Shown in pieces: positions 1-9,181 of a stretch of DNA of 64,000 bases. Under the pieces are notes generated by a model, which saw only the letters and a list, made by a program, of their open reading frames with translations, did no database searches and was not told the DNA's origin. Origin of the DNA: an uncultured Bdellovibrionales bacterium (GTDB lineage Bacteria; Patescibacteriota; Minisyncoccia; Moranbacterales; UBA1568); contig CAZTBI010000002.1 of NCBI GenBank assembly GCA_964612055.1, positions 5,632-69,631 on the forward strand. The letters run 5' to 3'. The number at the start of each line of letters is the position of its first letter. Position 1 is the stretch's first letter. The translations under genes and the position numbers were made by a program.

Positions 1-282
1 TCTCAAGACCCTCTGTCTGTTAAAATGCTTGCTCTCAAAGGAACTGATCTCATGAAGGAACTCGGTATTCCTCCTTCACCCATGATCGGTGCCCTCCTCG
101 ATGTTCTCCTGGCGGAAGTTATTGAGGATCCAAAAAAGAACACTCGAGAAGTACTACTCAAGCGAGCAGCCGAACTCAAAGAACACAATCTGGAGAAACT
201 CAGAAGTCTCGCAAAAGAAAAGATTGATGAGAAGCGAAGCGAGAACGATGCTGAAATAAAGAAGCACCACTGGATAGAGTAG
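1..282 (+). CDS. C-terminal fragment of a CCA-adding enzyme / poly(A) polymerase family protein (5' truncated by window)
   Basis: LKGTDLMKELGIPPSPMIGALL...VIEDPKKNTREVLL is the typical C-terminus of tRNA nucleotidyltransferases. Most tRNAs in the window lack an encoded CCA. Confidence 0.7.
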   Translation, partial: SQDPLSVKMLALKGTDLMKELGIPPSPMIGALLDVLLAEVIEDPKKNTREVLLKRAAELKEHNLEKLRSLAKEKIDEKRSENDAEIKKHHWIE

Positions 283-340
283 AATGGGTCAAACAACATT
301 TCGGATTGTAGTATATAATACCACTCAGAGAAAAGAGATT

Positions 341-655
341 ATGAAAATTTTTGTCCCAGGTATTAGCGACAATCCCGTCACTCTTATGAGGCGAGCGGGC
401 TACGTCTTTCAGCGACAGGAAGGTGGGGAAATGAGCTTTGTCCGTGTTCTCGCTCAATCCGGATATCCACGTTTTCACTGCTATACAAAAGTTTCTGGCG
501 TTGACCTTTTCTTGAATATGCACCTCGACCAGAAAAAACATACCTATGGTGCTGATACAACACGCCACCACGGAGAATATGAAGAGAGCAAACCAGTCAC
601 AGAAGAAGGAGCGAGACTCCTCAGTCTCCTTGGCGAAAAAGCGCAGCTCCTGTAA
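341..655 (+). CDS. Small hypothetical protein
   Basis: ORF from ATG 341, with a TATAAT upstream. Motifs YPRFH and HLDQKK look conserved, but I cannot assign a function. Confidence 0.65.
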   Translation: MKIFVPGISDNPVTLMRRAGYVFQRQEGGEMSFVRVLAQSGYPRFHCYTKVSGVDLFLNMHLDQKKHTYGADTTRHHGEYEESKPVTEEGARLLSLLGEKAQLL

Positions 656-662
656 GAAAAAA

Positions 663-748
663 GCCGAGATGGTGGAATGGTAGACACACTAGCCTTAGGA
701 GCTAGCGGGAGCAATCCCATGAGAGTTCGAGTCTCTCTCTCGGCACCA
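663..748 (+). tRNA. tRNA-Leu(TAG)
   Basis: GCCGAGA acceptor stem, anticodon arm CTAGC-CTTAGGA-GCTAG, long variable arm, TTCGA T-loop, encoded CCA. Confidence 0.95.
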
Positions 749-764
749 ACACAATTTCTCAATA

Positions 765-798
765 GAAAAACTCCTAGACGATTTCTAGGAGTTTTTTA
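765..798. terminator. Bidirectional intrinsic terminator
   Basis: AAAAACTCCTAGA-cgatt-TCTAGGAGTTTTT between the convergent tRNA-Leu and the large surface-protein gene. Confidence 0.8.
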
Positions 799-802
799 GT
801 CT

Positions 803-3625
803 CTAACGTTTTCGGAAAGGGAGCTGCGAAAGTTCCAAACGTTCCGGCAAAAGAACAAGGAAGAAACGCGTCGTAAAGAGAATCAAGACGACACTGAGGA
901 GGATTCTAAACGAGAACATGACAGAGGTTGGGATGTAGGACGCCAAGGTAGCAAGATATTTTTTTGCTCCCGGAAGTGTCCCTTGAGCAAAACCAGGTTC
1001 CTTGAGTTCAACCTGATCCGTGGCCGAGAAATGGATCTCTGGCGAATCAAGTGGTGAGATATTCCAAATGTCACGGAGTGCCTGACGAATACCCTGCGGC
1101 TGAACGACTGCAGCAGAGAGGCCGATGTTGTAAACATCCGGAGCTTCTTTGAGGGCAGTGAAAGCAATACTCATCCCCCCTCCCTCAGTCATAGAGACAC
1201 CGTCCACTGTCCACTGACGAACCGCCCTATCAGCCAAGAAATTTGGCAAGAAGGCTGCTTTAAAGGAGAGATTCTCACCAGAAAATCCTTCAAAAATTGA
1301 ATCGCTATATTCGCTACAATAACCATTTGGACAGGCCAGTGAAGCAGCGCCGTCCACATCCTTATACTGACCAACTAGTTTTGGCCAAGCCGTATTCGGA
1401 TCAACAGATTCTATAGAAAGTTCTGGGTCAATAACATGGAAAGCACGGGAGAGAGTCACTGTCTTACCCGTTTTCACGTCATTCGCTGTCATCGTGACAG
1501 CATAGGCGTCACCGACATTCCCTGATATTGGAAAGAAGTTTACAAAATTTTGTTGTCCAACAGTGATAGCGCCTGAAGCATCTTTTTCACAATCCTGAGA
1601 GACAACTGATCGATTACAGAAGAGTTTCGTCCCGTTGATAGTCCACTGGAAATTCGTCAAATCTGTTGGATCAACACGTAGACCAATAATCTCATTCTTA
1701 ATAACTCGACAGGCAGCTCGATCCAGAGGATCATCATTACAAATGAGCCCGGAAGCAAGAGGGGTAGGCAAAAGCACCTGTGTCCCATCTCCCACTACCT
1801 GAGTATTTACTTTGTACGCAGAGATCTTTTTCCCTGTCGAAGTAAATTTTACCACGACATCACTTTTCCCCTTGCGAATACTACCGCTGGCAAAGTTTTC
1901 TGAAACCTTGGCAGTAAAGCGTAGATATCCGATATCTCCGGTCAAGTAATCATCAAGTTGCCTCCCCGCCAAGAGGTAACTGCCATTATTCAGAATATCA
2001 AGCTTCAACCTCACTGTATCAAGAGCTGTCCCCTTGACGCTCCCGAGCAATTTGAGCCGCTGCAAGTCACTGGTTATTTTGGCTGAAACAAGATCACCAC
2101 CACTTCGGAATTGTGGGTTGTCGCTTATTTCAACGTCCCACTCAAAAAGTATTTCATTCACGCCACGTACCGCATTACCAACACTCGCCTCAGCAATAAC
2201 GAGGTCTCCCCCGGCATCCTCTGTCTCATCATTGATAGGCGCATCCGGACTAGCCGAAACAGAGACCTCGAGATTCGTCGCCTGGCCACCCTGAGTTGGG
2301 TCGACTAAGTTTCGCTCCAGACACTTATTCAGATCAATATCAGCCGCGTACATTGTTACCTCATACCCCTTGATCGTCTTGAAAAAAGATCCTGTCTCAT
2401 CAGCCAAAGAAAGCGGACAGTCTTTCTTTGAAAAGGCCCACATGATCATTGACGAAGAATCGTCATATTTGGTCGTGATCATCGATGTTCCTTCAACAGC
2501 CAGTCCTACCTGGTCACCTGAAGAATAATTCCAGGTAAAAGTACTCTGTCCCAAACCAGTCACATTGGCTTCATCCTTATTGCCATTATCTGCGGTATCA
2601 GGATCGGCCGGATCAGTCCCCCAGAAATCCTCTTCATCAGCCCCGAAAGAACCATCGCCCGTGACGTGTCCAGGAACCACTGGAAAGAGGTGAGCACAGT
2701 AGGTATTGAAACCACCCCCACCGCCACTGCAGGTTGTCAGTTCCGTACCACAAGAAGTCGAATATTTCGCATTGGAAACGCAACGAGGGGCCCCAACACT
2801 ACATTTTGGTACACCATCTACTCCACAGGCGGGAATGCCAGCAATATTACAGACATCGGACTCGGTAAAAGAAAAAGCCTGACTCGTCGTGTCAACACCA
2901 CCATCTCCAGGAACGGTAATATCCTCGGGACTGATTGTCTGCTCCCCTTCCATACACATCGGTGACTTACCATCTGGGCAATCGAAATTGATATCACCAG
3001 CATCCCCAAGCTCATAATTCTTTCCCGAAACTGAGTCATTGACATAGCAATGGTTCGGAGTGCTTACTTTGTTGTCACCACCAAAACGGGCTTTGTAGCC
3101 ATCATTATCAGTGTCAGAGTTATAATTCGCATCTGCCTTGTCGAAACCATTCTCCGCCAAAATTTGAGCCGCCTCTATTTTCCAATCTTCGACCGTAATT
3201 CTGCCATTACTATCACGGTCACATAGTGTTCGCACATCGTCACTCGGAGTATTGGTCAATCCACATTCTGCCCGCTTCAGGTACCAGGTATAGTACAGCT
3301 CACTCTCACTGTTTGAGAAATACATGGGAAAAGCTTTGGCAGAAATTTTCTCTCCTGATTTTGGGTCGCTCGGATTAAAGAAGAGGGATGCTTCTGGCGT
3401 CGGCTTCTTCACGTCTGCCGTATTAAAGTTTTCACCCTGACTCTGAATACTCCCCACATCAAGGTGGTAACGCTTTTCCATACCAGAAAGCATGGACGAA
3501 GCAGAGGGAATCGATGGGCCACCAAACAAACCAGCCGAAACCGGAGAAGCACTTACCACAAAAAGCTGGAGCAAGAGAAGTCCGCCAAGAAATGCTTTTT
3601 GTTTTTTTCGGAGAAAACTGACCAT
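803..3625 (-). CDS. Large Cys-rich secreted/surface protein with Ca-binding-like (TSP3-like) motifs and a C-terminal membrane anchor
   Basis: N-terminal signal (KKQK, hydrophobic run, VSA), many paired Cys, DPADPDTADNG and DRDSNGRI motifs, beta-rich Ig/PKD-like segments, C-terminal TM helix. Start is 3625 or 3637. Confidence 0.75.
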   Translation of the reverse strand: MVSFLRKKQKAFLGGLLLLQLFVVSASPVSAGLFGGPSIPSASSMLSGMEKRYHLDVGSIQSQGENFNTADVKKPTPEASLFFNPSDPKSGEKISAKAFPMYFSNSESELYYTWYLKRAECGLTNTPSDDVRTLCDRDSNGRITVEDWKIEAAQILAENGFDKADANYNSDTDNDGYKARFGGDNKVSTPNHCYVNDSVSGKNYELGDAGDINFDCPDGKSPMCMEGEQTISPEDITVPGDGGVDTTSQAFSFTESDVCNIAGIPACGVDGVPKCSVGAPRCVSNAKYSTSCGTELTTCSGGGGGFNTYCAHLFPVVPGHVTGDGSFGADEEDFWGTDPADPDTADNGNKDEANVTGLGQSTFTWNYSSGDQVGLAVEGTSMITTKYDDSSSMIMWAFSKKDCPLSLADETGSFFKTIKGYEVTMYAADIDLNKCLERNLVDPTQGGQATNLEVSVSASPDAPINDETEDAGGDLVIAEASVGNAVRGVNEILFEWDVEISDNPQFRSGGDLVSAKITSDLQRLKLLGSVKGTALDTVRLKLDILNNGSYLLAGRQLDDYLTGDIGYLRFTAKVSENFASGSIRKGKSDVVVKFTSTGKKISAYKVNTQVVGDGTQVLLPTPLASGLICNDDPLDRAACRVIKNEIIGLRVDPTDLTNFQWTINGTKLFCNRSVVSQDCEKDASGAITVGQQNFVNFFPISGNVGDAYAVTMTANDVKTGKTVTLSRAFHVIDPELSIESVDPNTAWPKLVGQYKDVDGAASLACPNGYCSEYSDSIFEGFSGENLSFKAAFLPNFLADRAVRQWTVDGVSMTEGGGMSIAFTALKEAPDVYNIGLSAAVVQPQGIRQALRDIWNISPLDSPEIHFSATDQVELKEPGFAQGTLPGAKKYLATLASYIPTSVMFSFRILLSVVLILFTTRFFLVLLPERLELSQLPFRKR

Positions 3626-3636
3626 ACCACTACACA

Positions 3637-4290
3637 TCAATGAATCACCAAGAGAAAAATGTCTGTTAAGAAAAAGAATGTCCAACTTGCTGCCCAAGAA
3701 TACCAGATGGATCGTGAAAAGTAAGCGACCAGACCAGCAAGTGGGCTAAAGACAATGAGCGGTGCTCTTTGCCAAGAGATATCCCCTGAAAGATACAGCA
3801 ACCCTACAAACAACGCTGCTTGGAAAAATACCGCCAAGAGACCAAATGACTTGAGCCACAGGAGTTGCACCAGGCCACGGAAAAACACCTCATAGAGAAG
3901 CGTCGTCAATGAAACCAAGAGCAATTCGTAGAGAAGAAACCAGAAGAAATGGAGCTGTACGGTCACCGGGAAAAAGTAGTGCTCAGTAAAAGATGTATAG
4001 CGACTAAGCAAGAACATTATCCCGAGCGCCAAGGCAACACATAGTATGCCTACGAACACTCCAAGAAAGCTGCTTCCCTCCTGCCAACCCAGATTTTTCA
4101 GGGACTCCTTCAATACTATTTTACTATACAATACCGGAACTACCAAGAAGAATGTCACCCCCACTAAGAGCGTTTGAAAGACTGGATTCACCTTGTCGCT
4201 CTGACTAAAAATCCCAAGAAAAAAGATGGAGCAGAGAACCAAGAGCCCGGTCACGATAAAACGCTTATTTAAAAAAATTTCTTTGGTCAT
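3637..4290 (-). CDS. CPBP (CAAX protease / Abi) family intramembrane protein
   Basis: Multi-TM protein with YEVFFRG (variant of EExxFRG) and the SRSIW motif. The conserved His motifs appear to be missing. Confidence 0.7.
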   Translation of the reverse strand: MTKEIFLNKRFIVTGLLVLCSIFFLGIFSQSDKVNPVFQTLLVGVTFFLVVPVLYSKIVLKESLKNLGWQEGSSFLGVFVGILCVALALGIMFLLSRYTSFTEHYFFPVTVQLHFFWFLLYELLLVSLTTLLYEVFFRGLVQLLWLKSFGLLAVFFQAALFVGLLYLSGDISWQRAPLIVFSPLAGLVAYFSRSIWYSWAASWTFFFLTDIFLLVIH

Positions 4291-4295
4291 AGGCT

Positions 4296-4874
4296 TTACG
4301 CTACTTTTCTTACTGATTGAGGCTGGTACGCACTGTCATTAGCCGCCTCCTGTTGATACTGAGCATTATTGGCCGCTTCCGTTTCCTGGAAAGCCGCAGC
4401 CGCTCGAGACATCTGATATTCACGGATTCGTTCAGCATTGGTTCTCGCCGTTCCTTCCGCCTCCAGTTGTTTCTGCTCCTTTTTCCAGGCACTACGAGCC
4501 ATCATATAAAGAATTACCACCGTCAATGTCTCCAAAGGAAGAAAATTCAGTCCAAATCCTACTGCCTCTACCAAACTAAAGAACATGAGTACTAAACCCC
4601 GAGTCATCTTGTTGCTCTGCTTCCCTCCCGAGCGGTCGAACAGTGTCATCAGCATCCAAATCAGAAAGGCGAAACAAGCAGTCACGACCGTTCCTATCCC
4701 AGGAAATGACCCTACTGCCGCAAAATCAAGTAAGTCTTTGAGAAGAGCAATTAAGCTTAGCCCCAAATACAACATCGCAGAAGGCTTTTCTCCAGTAAAC
4801 TTTGAGGCATGACTTTGAGTAGTCCTTTTATAGGCCGCCGCCAATATTCTCGCTTGTGGAGGAAGTGGTGCCAT
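4296..4874 (-). CDS. Hypothetical membrane protein in the T4SS-like operon
   Basis: 3-4 hydrophobic segments and a charged helical tail; co-oriented and tightly packed after virB4. Confidence 0.7.
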   Translation of the reverse strand: MAPLPPQARILAAAYKRTTQSHASKFTGEKPSAMLYLGLSLIALLKDLLDFAAVGSFPGIGTVVTACFAFLIWMLMTLFDRSGGKQSNKMTRGLVLMFFSLVEAVGFGLNFLPLETLTVVILYMMARSAWKKEQKQLEAEGTARTNAERIREYQMSRAAAAFQETEAANNAQYQQEAANDSAYQPQSVRKVA

Positions 4875-4886
4875 AACTCTATCTCT

Positions 4887-6887
4887 TTAATTCCCCGCAT
4901 CAAAATCCTTTTTCGCTTCTTCAATCTCGAGGAGCTGACGCGGATCAGAAGTAATAATCTGGTCTTCGCTGTAGGAAGCGATGATCTTGATCGCCGCATG
5001 CTTGGTACCGGCAAAGAATATTCCTTCTCCGACATTACTCTCGAGGAGCAAAAACTTCTCATGATCCGTCAAAAAGAACGTCTCTGCGATAAGCTCAATC
5101 GAGGATGGCGACTGGCGCAAGAGTAACTGAAGCGAAGAGTTGGTAATAATCGGCTTGCCGTAGCGTGACGACATGAAGTCGCTGATATCCTGCGTAATAG
5201 TCGTCAGTCCGGTGTAGTATTTACGACAACGTTTGGCAATACCGAAGAGAAAGCCGGCAGCATCTTCATGCTGCATCATGACCCAGGCCTCATCAACGAC
5301 GACCACCCGCTTCTTCAGCTTGCTCCGAATTTCATTCCAGATAAACTGCAAGATAATATACATAGCAATCGGCCGCAACTCTTCCTCAAGATCACGGATA
5401 TTGAACGCTACCAACTGATTGTCCGTCTCGATATTCGTCTGCTTGTCGAGAAAGCCACCAAAAATACCGTCCGTGTAGCGTTCCAAACGGATCGACAATG
5501 ACTCTGCTCCTTCCATATTCTGAAGCACGGCGTACAAATCTGACATCGTTGGAAACGAAGAGGCATCAAACTGAGAAAAATCACTGCGCTCATTGATATC
5601 TCGAATAGCATACGTCTCTCTGATGGCCCGGTCGAGGATCGAGTCTTCTTCTGGCGTCACTGAGCCCAACATGAGATGAAGAAGACCGATCAAATTAGCA
5701 ATGGAATTCCGGAAGACTCCTTCTGGATCCTCATCATCTACGGCTTTCGGAAGATCAAAAGGGTTCAAGTGGACATCGGAATTCAGAGAAATTTTAAGGA
5801 AACTCCCGCCCACTGCTTCACAGAGGTGTTTGTATTCATTTTCCGGATCGATGATGATAACACTCGAACCAAACATCATCGATCGCAAAACTTCAAGCTT
5901 CACAGTGTAACTTTTTCCAGCACCAGATTTGGCAAACACCACCATGTTGGCATTTTCCATTTTGAAACGATCGAAGAGTATCAGTCCGTTATTATGCCGG
6001 TTGATACCATAGAAAATACCCTGGTTCGAAGAAAGATCAGAAGAAACAAAGGGGAACGTGGTTGAAAGTGGCTCGGTATTCAAGTTATTAGCGACATCGA
6101 GAACATCATTGGCCAGTGGCCGCGTCGCTGAAAATCCCTGATCCATGCGGAGAACGGCTGGTTTGATGTACACCAACTGTGCTTCCAGAATCGACTCAAT
6201 GGCGTGACACTTATCACTCAAATCATCTTCGTCTTTACCATACACCGTCATGTACAAACCGAAACGGAAAAACTTTTCTGTTCCTTGCTGCAGTCTATCA
6301 CGCAAGCCTTCAATATCTTCCAGAGCGGTCTCGAGCATCGGGTCGCGAATCTTACCATCTTCAGCTTCGATATGGATCTGTGACTGCACCTGCGTCGCTG
6401 ACTTCCGCAGATTTTTCATGATTTCCGCCGTATCAATCGGATGGACGAAAAGCGCCGTGTCCATGCTGAAATCAATATTGATGATTGGTGAAAACCAATT
6501 GGTCGAGAGATAGCGTGGATAGGCAACCACGAAGTAGGTCCGGGCCAGAACATTGCCAACCTGCATACTATTGGAGCTCAATTTGATTGCTGGTGGAGCA
6601 ATCAAGTCCCGGAGCGTAGCCACTCCTTTTTTATACAAGGCATCCGCTTCCTTTGAAGCCTCGCCTTTGCCAAAAAGAGATGGGTTGGCCATAGGATTCA
6701 TCCGAGGAAGCGGAGCGGCCGGAACCACTGGTATTGCTTTCTCTATCTTTTCTTCAGGCAGAGCTTCTGGAACAACTGCTTCTGTCTGAGGCTCTGCTGT
6801 TTCTTCAGATACTGGAGACGATGAAGTAGGTGTGAGAGTTTTTCCCAGTACCGGACCCTTATCATCTCTGAAAACTATCCTTTCCAT
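4887..6887 (-). CDS. VirB4/TraC-like ATPase of a type IV secretion-like system
   Basis: Walker A AKSGAGKS, IIIDPENEY, NPFD, Walker B VVVDEAW, RCRKY...TITQ. Confidence 0.92.
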   Translation of the reverse strand: MERIVFRDDKGPVLGKTLTPTSSSPVSEETAEPQTEAVVPEALPEEKIEKAIPVVPAAPLPRMNPMANPSLFGKGEASKEADALYKKGVATLRDLIAPPAIKLSSNSMQVGNVLARTYFVVAYPRYLSTNWFSPIINIDFSMDTALFVHPIDTAEIMKNLRKSATQVQSQIHIEAEDGKIRDPMLETALEDIEGLRDRLQQGTEKFFRFGLYMTVYGKDEDDLSDKCHAIESILEAQLVYIKPAVLRMDQGFSATRPLANDVLDVANNLNTEPLSTTFPFVSSDLSSNQGIFYGINRHNNGLILFDRFKMENANMVVFAKSGAGKSYTVKLEVLRSMMFGSSVIIIDPENEYKHLCEAVGGSFLKISLNSDVHLNPFDLPKAVDDEDPEGVFRNSIANLIGLLHLMLGSVTPEEDSILDRAIRETYAIRDINERSDFSQFDASSFPTMSDLYAVLQNMEGAESLSIRLERYTDGIFGGFLDKQTNIETDNQLVAFNIRDLEEELRPIAMYIILQFIWNEIRSKLKKRVVVVDEAWVMMQHEDAAGFLFGIAKRCRKYYTGLTTITQDISDFMSSRYGKPIITNSSLQLLLRQSPSSIELIAETFFLTDHEKFLLLESNVGEGIFFAGTKHAAIKIIASYSEDQIITSDPRQLLEIEEAKKDFDAGN

Positions 6888-6898
6888 GAAAACGAAAT

Positions 6899-7579
6899 TT
6901 AAGCGAGTTCTATCTTCTCTATATTTTTCAAGTCCGTCGTCGTGAAGAGTGACGGATTGTAGCTGTTGTAGAGCAATTCTATGATCTCTTCCGTATTGAG
7001 CTGCGTCACCTTGATACCTGTAGAAGAGAGTGCGGCCGCGATGTGATCCACTCGTTGCAACAACTGACTCCTATACGTTTCAAACAACTCCCCCTTCGAG
7101 CGAACCGCTTGTTTGGGACTAAAAATACCCATCATCTTGGCCACAAAACCTCCTTCTTGATCTTCTACTGGAGAAAATGGCACCACGATATAAAAAAACT
7201 TGGACATGATATTTGAGACCTCGCTCAAGTTCTTGATGAACGCTTTGTACTCGCCGATCTGAAAACGGAGGAGTTCGTTTTGCTGCTGTTTCTCTTCGTC
7301 ATCAAGCTGCTCCATGTACGGGGCAATATTGAAGCGACGGGACTGAATGACGATCTGCACTGGAAAATCGAGCGAATTCAGAAATGCCTGGTACTGAGCA
7401 ATAATCGCTTCTTGTTCCTGGCCAGATTTAAGATCGAAATTAAGCGAAGAAACCAGAAGCACTGCTCGCAGGGCGCCTGATTTCAAAACAATCACACCGT
7501 CGCGCATTTCTTCAACATCGACGTACTTCTGAGTACTCGAGGCGCTATTGGTTCGTTTTTTTGGTTTCAAAAACTCCAT
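6899..7579 (-). CDS. VirB4-associated (TraC-N/TrsD-like) protein
   Basis: DGVIVLKSG...VSSLNFDLKS...QAFLNSLDFPVQI pattern, found between prgI and virB4 in Gram-positive/CPR-type T4SS clusters. Confidence 0.75.
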   Translation of the reverse strand: MEFLKPKKRTNSASSTQKYVDVEEMRDGVIVLKSGALRAVLLVSSLNFDLKSGQEQEAIIAQYQAFLNSLDFPVQIVIQSRRFNIAPYMEQLDDEEKQQQNELLRFQIGEYKAFIKNLSEVSNIMSKFFYIVVPFSPVEDQEGGFVAKMMGIFSPKQAVRSKGELFETYRSQLLQRVDHIAAALSSTGIKVTQLNTEEIIELLYNSYNPSLFTTTDLKNIEKIELA

Positions 7580-7666
7580 ACACACCAAATATCAATTATC
7601 AGCTCGCATCAATCATACTCGTTTCAACTCACCGCTCTTCTTCGTTGATTGCTCTTTGCTCTCTGT

Positions 7667-8071
7667 TTACTGTCTCCTGTCCATAATACGAGCTAACTCT
7701 TTCAGTGTATCACGGGTCAGTTGCTTTTCAGGTTGCACCTCTTCTTGTGGCTTGTTATTTTCGGAACGAGATTTTACGGAAACCATCGGCATAACTGGAC
7801 GCTCCCAAACAGCCACCTTGGGACGAAAGAGAAAAAGCACCGCCTGTCCGATAAAGGATGATAGGGTAAAACCATTAGGCTTATAAAAAGCCAGAGCGAT
7901 AAACAGGAGCACTACCGGAATACCAAACACAATGGCTAAAGTCGTTCCAAAGGTCGTAAACAAAACCAGGAGCACCGCTCCCATAGCAATCATCCAGAGC
8001 AACTGCCGCCATGTTAGTGGACCAGCAATCTTGTCTTCGACATCAACGAATTGTGGAACACTCGACATCAT
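7667..8071 (-). CDS. PrgI family (VirB3-like) membrane protein
   Basis: VPQFVDVEDKIAGPLTWRQ followed by two TM helices and FRPK..VW. Confidence 0.85.
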   Translation of the reverse strand: MMSSVPQFVDVEDKIAGPLTWRQLLWMIAMGAVLLVLFTTFGTTLAIVFGIPVVLLFIALAFYKPNGFTLSSFIGQAVLFLFRPKVAVWERPVMPMVSVKSRSENNKPQEEVQPEKQLTRDTLKELARIMDRRQ

Positions 8072-8089
8072 ATGCTTGAATATATTCTC

Positions 8090-9169
8090 TTACTCTTCTT
8101 TCCCGAGACTCACCGGTCGAATATGAAAGGGGTTTGCCTTGGGCATCGGAGCCCGAGGCGCCATTCTTTGTGGCATATTCTGCGGTTCCGGTGCCGTTCT
8201 TTCCTGCGGGATAGCCTGCGCTTTTTCTGCTGGCAGAACATGTTTCGAAGAAAACGAGAGGGTCCCTGACTGTTCTGGTGCAGCTGTTTTTGGGGTATTC
8301 ATAGTGGTAGTACCAAAATGAAAACTGGCACTATTTTGCAAAGGAGCCATTCTCGATGGAGCAACAGCTTGTGGTACTGGTCGTGGCGCCTGCGGGGCGA
8401 CAAAGGTCGGGAAAAGAACCAGGCTCTGCTCGGTATCGATTTCCAAAGGAAAGTTCTCTTCTACAGACTTAAGCACGAGGTTGACTCGCTCCCGTTCTTC
8501 CGGAGAAAGTCGCTTCCCATTCTCCGAACGAAAGAGGAAATTCCCACGCTGCACACTATCATGGTGCCCCACCCCCAGTTCATCGCGGTAATACTTGATC
8601 CAATAGAGAAGCGACGGACGGACTGGTTCACTTTGAGATTTGATTTTGATGCGCTCGCGAGTAATAAGTTGGTTACCCAACTGTTCATATTTGGAAAGGG
8701 CTTGAAGGAGCGGCAGCTTCACCGTTACTACAACTTGCTTTTTCTCCTCTTCAGACACTTCCTCAACTTTCACTTTCGGTTTGATAGTCAGAATTTCTTT
8801 CTGAATAAACTCAACAATAGCCTTAGCTTGATTCGGATCACCTCCACCACTCTCAGTGAGCATACTTGCAATTCTTGCCTCCAGTTCTGTGAGCTGTATC
8901 TCACCAAAAAAGAGTTCCCGAACAATCAAACTTACACTTCCTATAACAGAATCCTTTAGTTTTACTTTTTCCTGTAGGGACTTGATTTTTTGCGGCATTT
9001 CACTAGAAAGAATCACTTCTTGCTTATCCTGAGAAAGCTTTTCGAAGGCATCCCAAACAGACTGATCATCCTCAGGGGACATCTTTTCTTCCGTACCTTC
9101 CTTTGATACTACCATCGGATAATACCGCCGCTCTTTAATTTTTTTTTCACCTAGACCAAACATTGGCAT
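8090..9169 (-). CDS. Hypothetical soluble protein in the T4SS-like operon
   Basis: 359-aa ORF with a Pro-rich C-terminal tail; 12-18 bp gaps to its neighbours. Confidence 0.7.
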   Translation of the reverse strand: MPMFGLGEKKIKERRYYPMVVSKEGTEEKMSPEDDQSVWDAFEKLSQDKQEVILSSEMPQKIKSLQEKVKLKDSVIGSVSLIVRELFFGEIQLTELEARIASMLTESGGGDPNQAKAIVEFIQKEILTIKPKVKVEEVSEEEKKQVVVTVKLPLLQALSKYEQLGNQLITRERIKIKSQSEPVRPSLLYWIKYYRDELGVGHHDSVQRGNFLFRSENGKRLSPEERERVNLVLKSVEENFPLEIDTEQSLVLFPTFVAPQAPRPVPQAVAPSRMAPLQNSASFHFGTTTMNTPKTAAPEQSGTLSFSSKHVLPAEKAQAIPQERTAPEPQNMPQRMAPRAPMPKANPFHIRPVSLGKEE

Positions 9170-9181
9170 GATTCTCCAATT

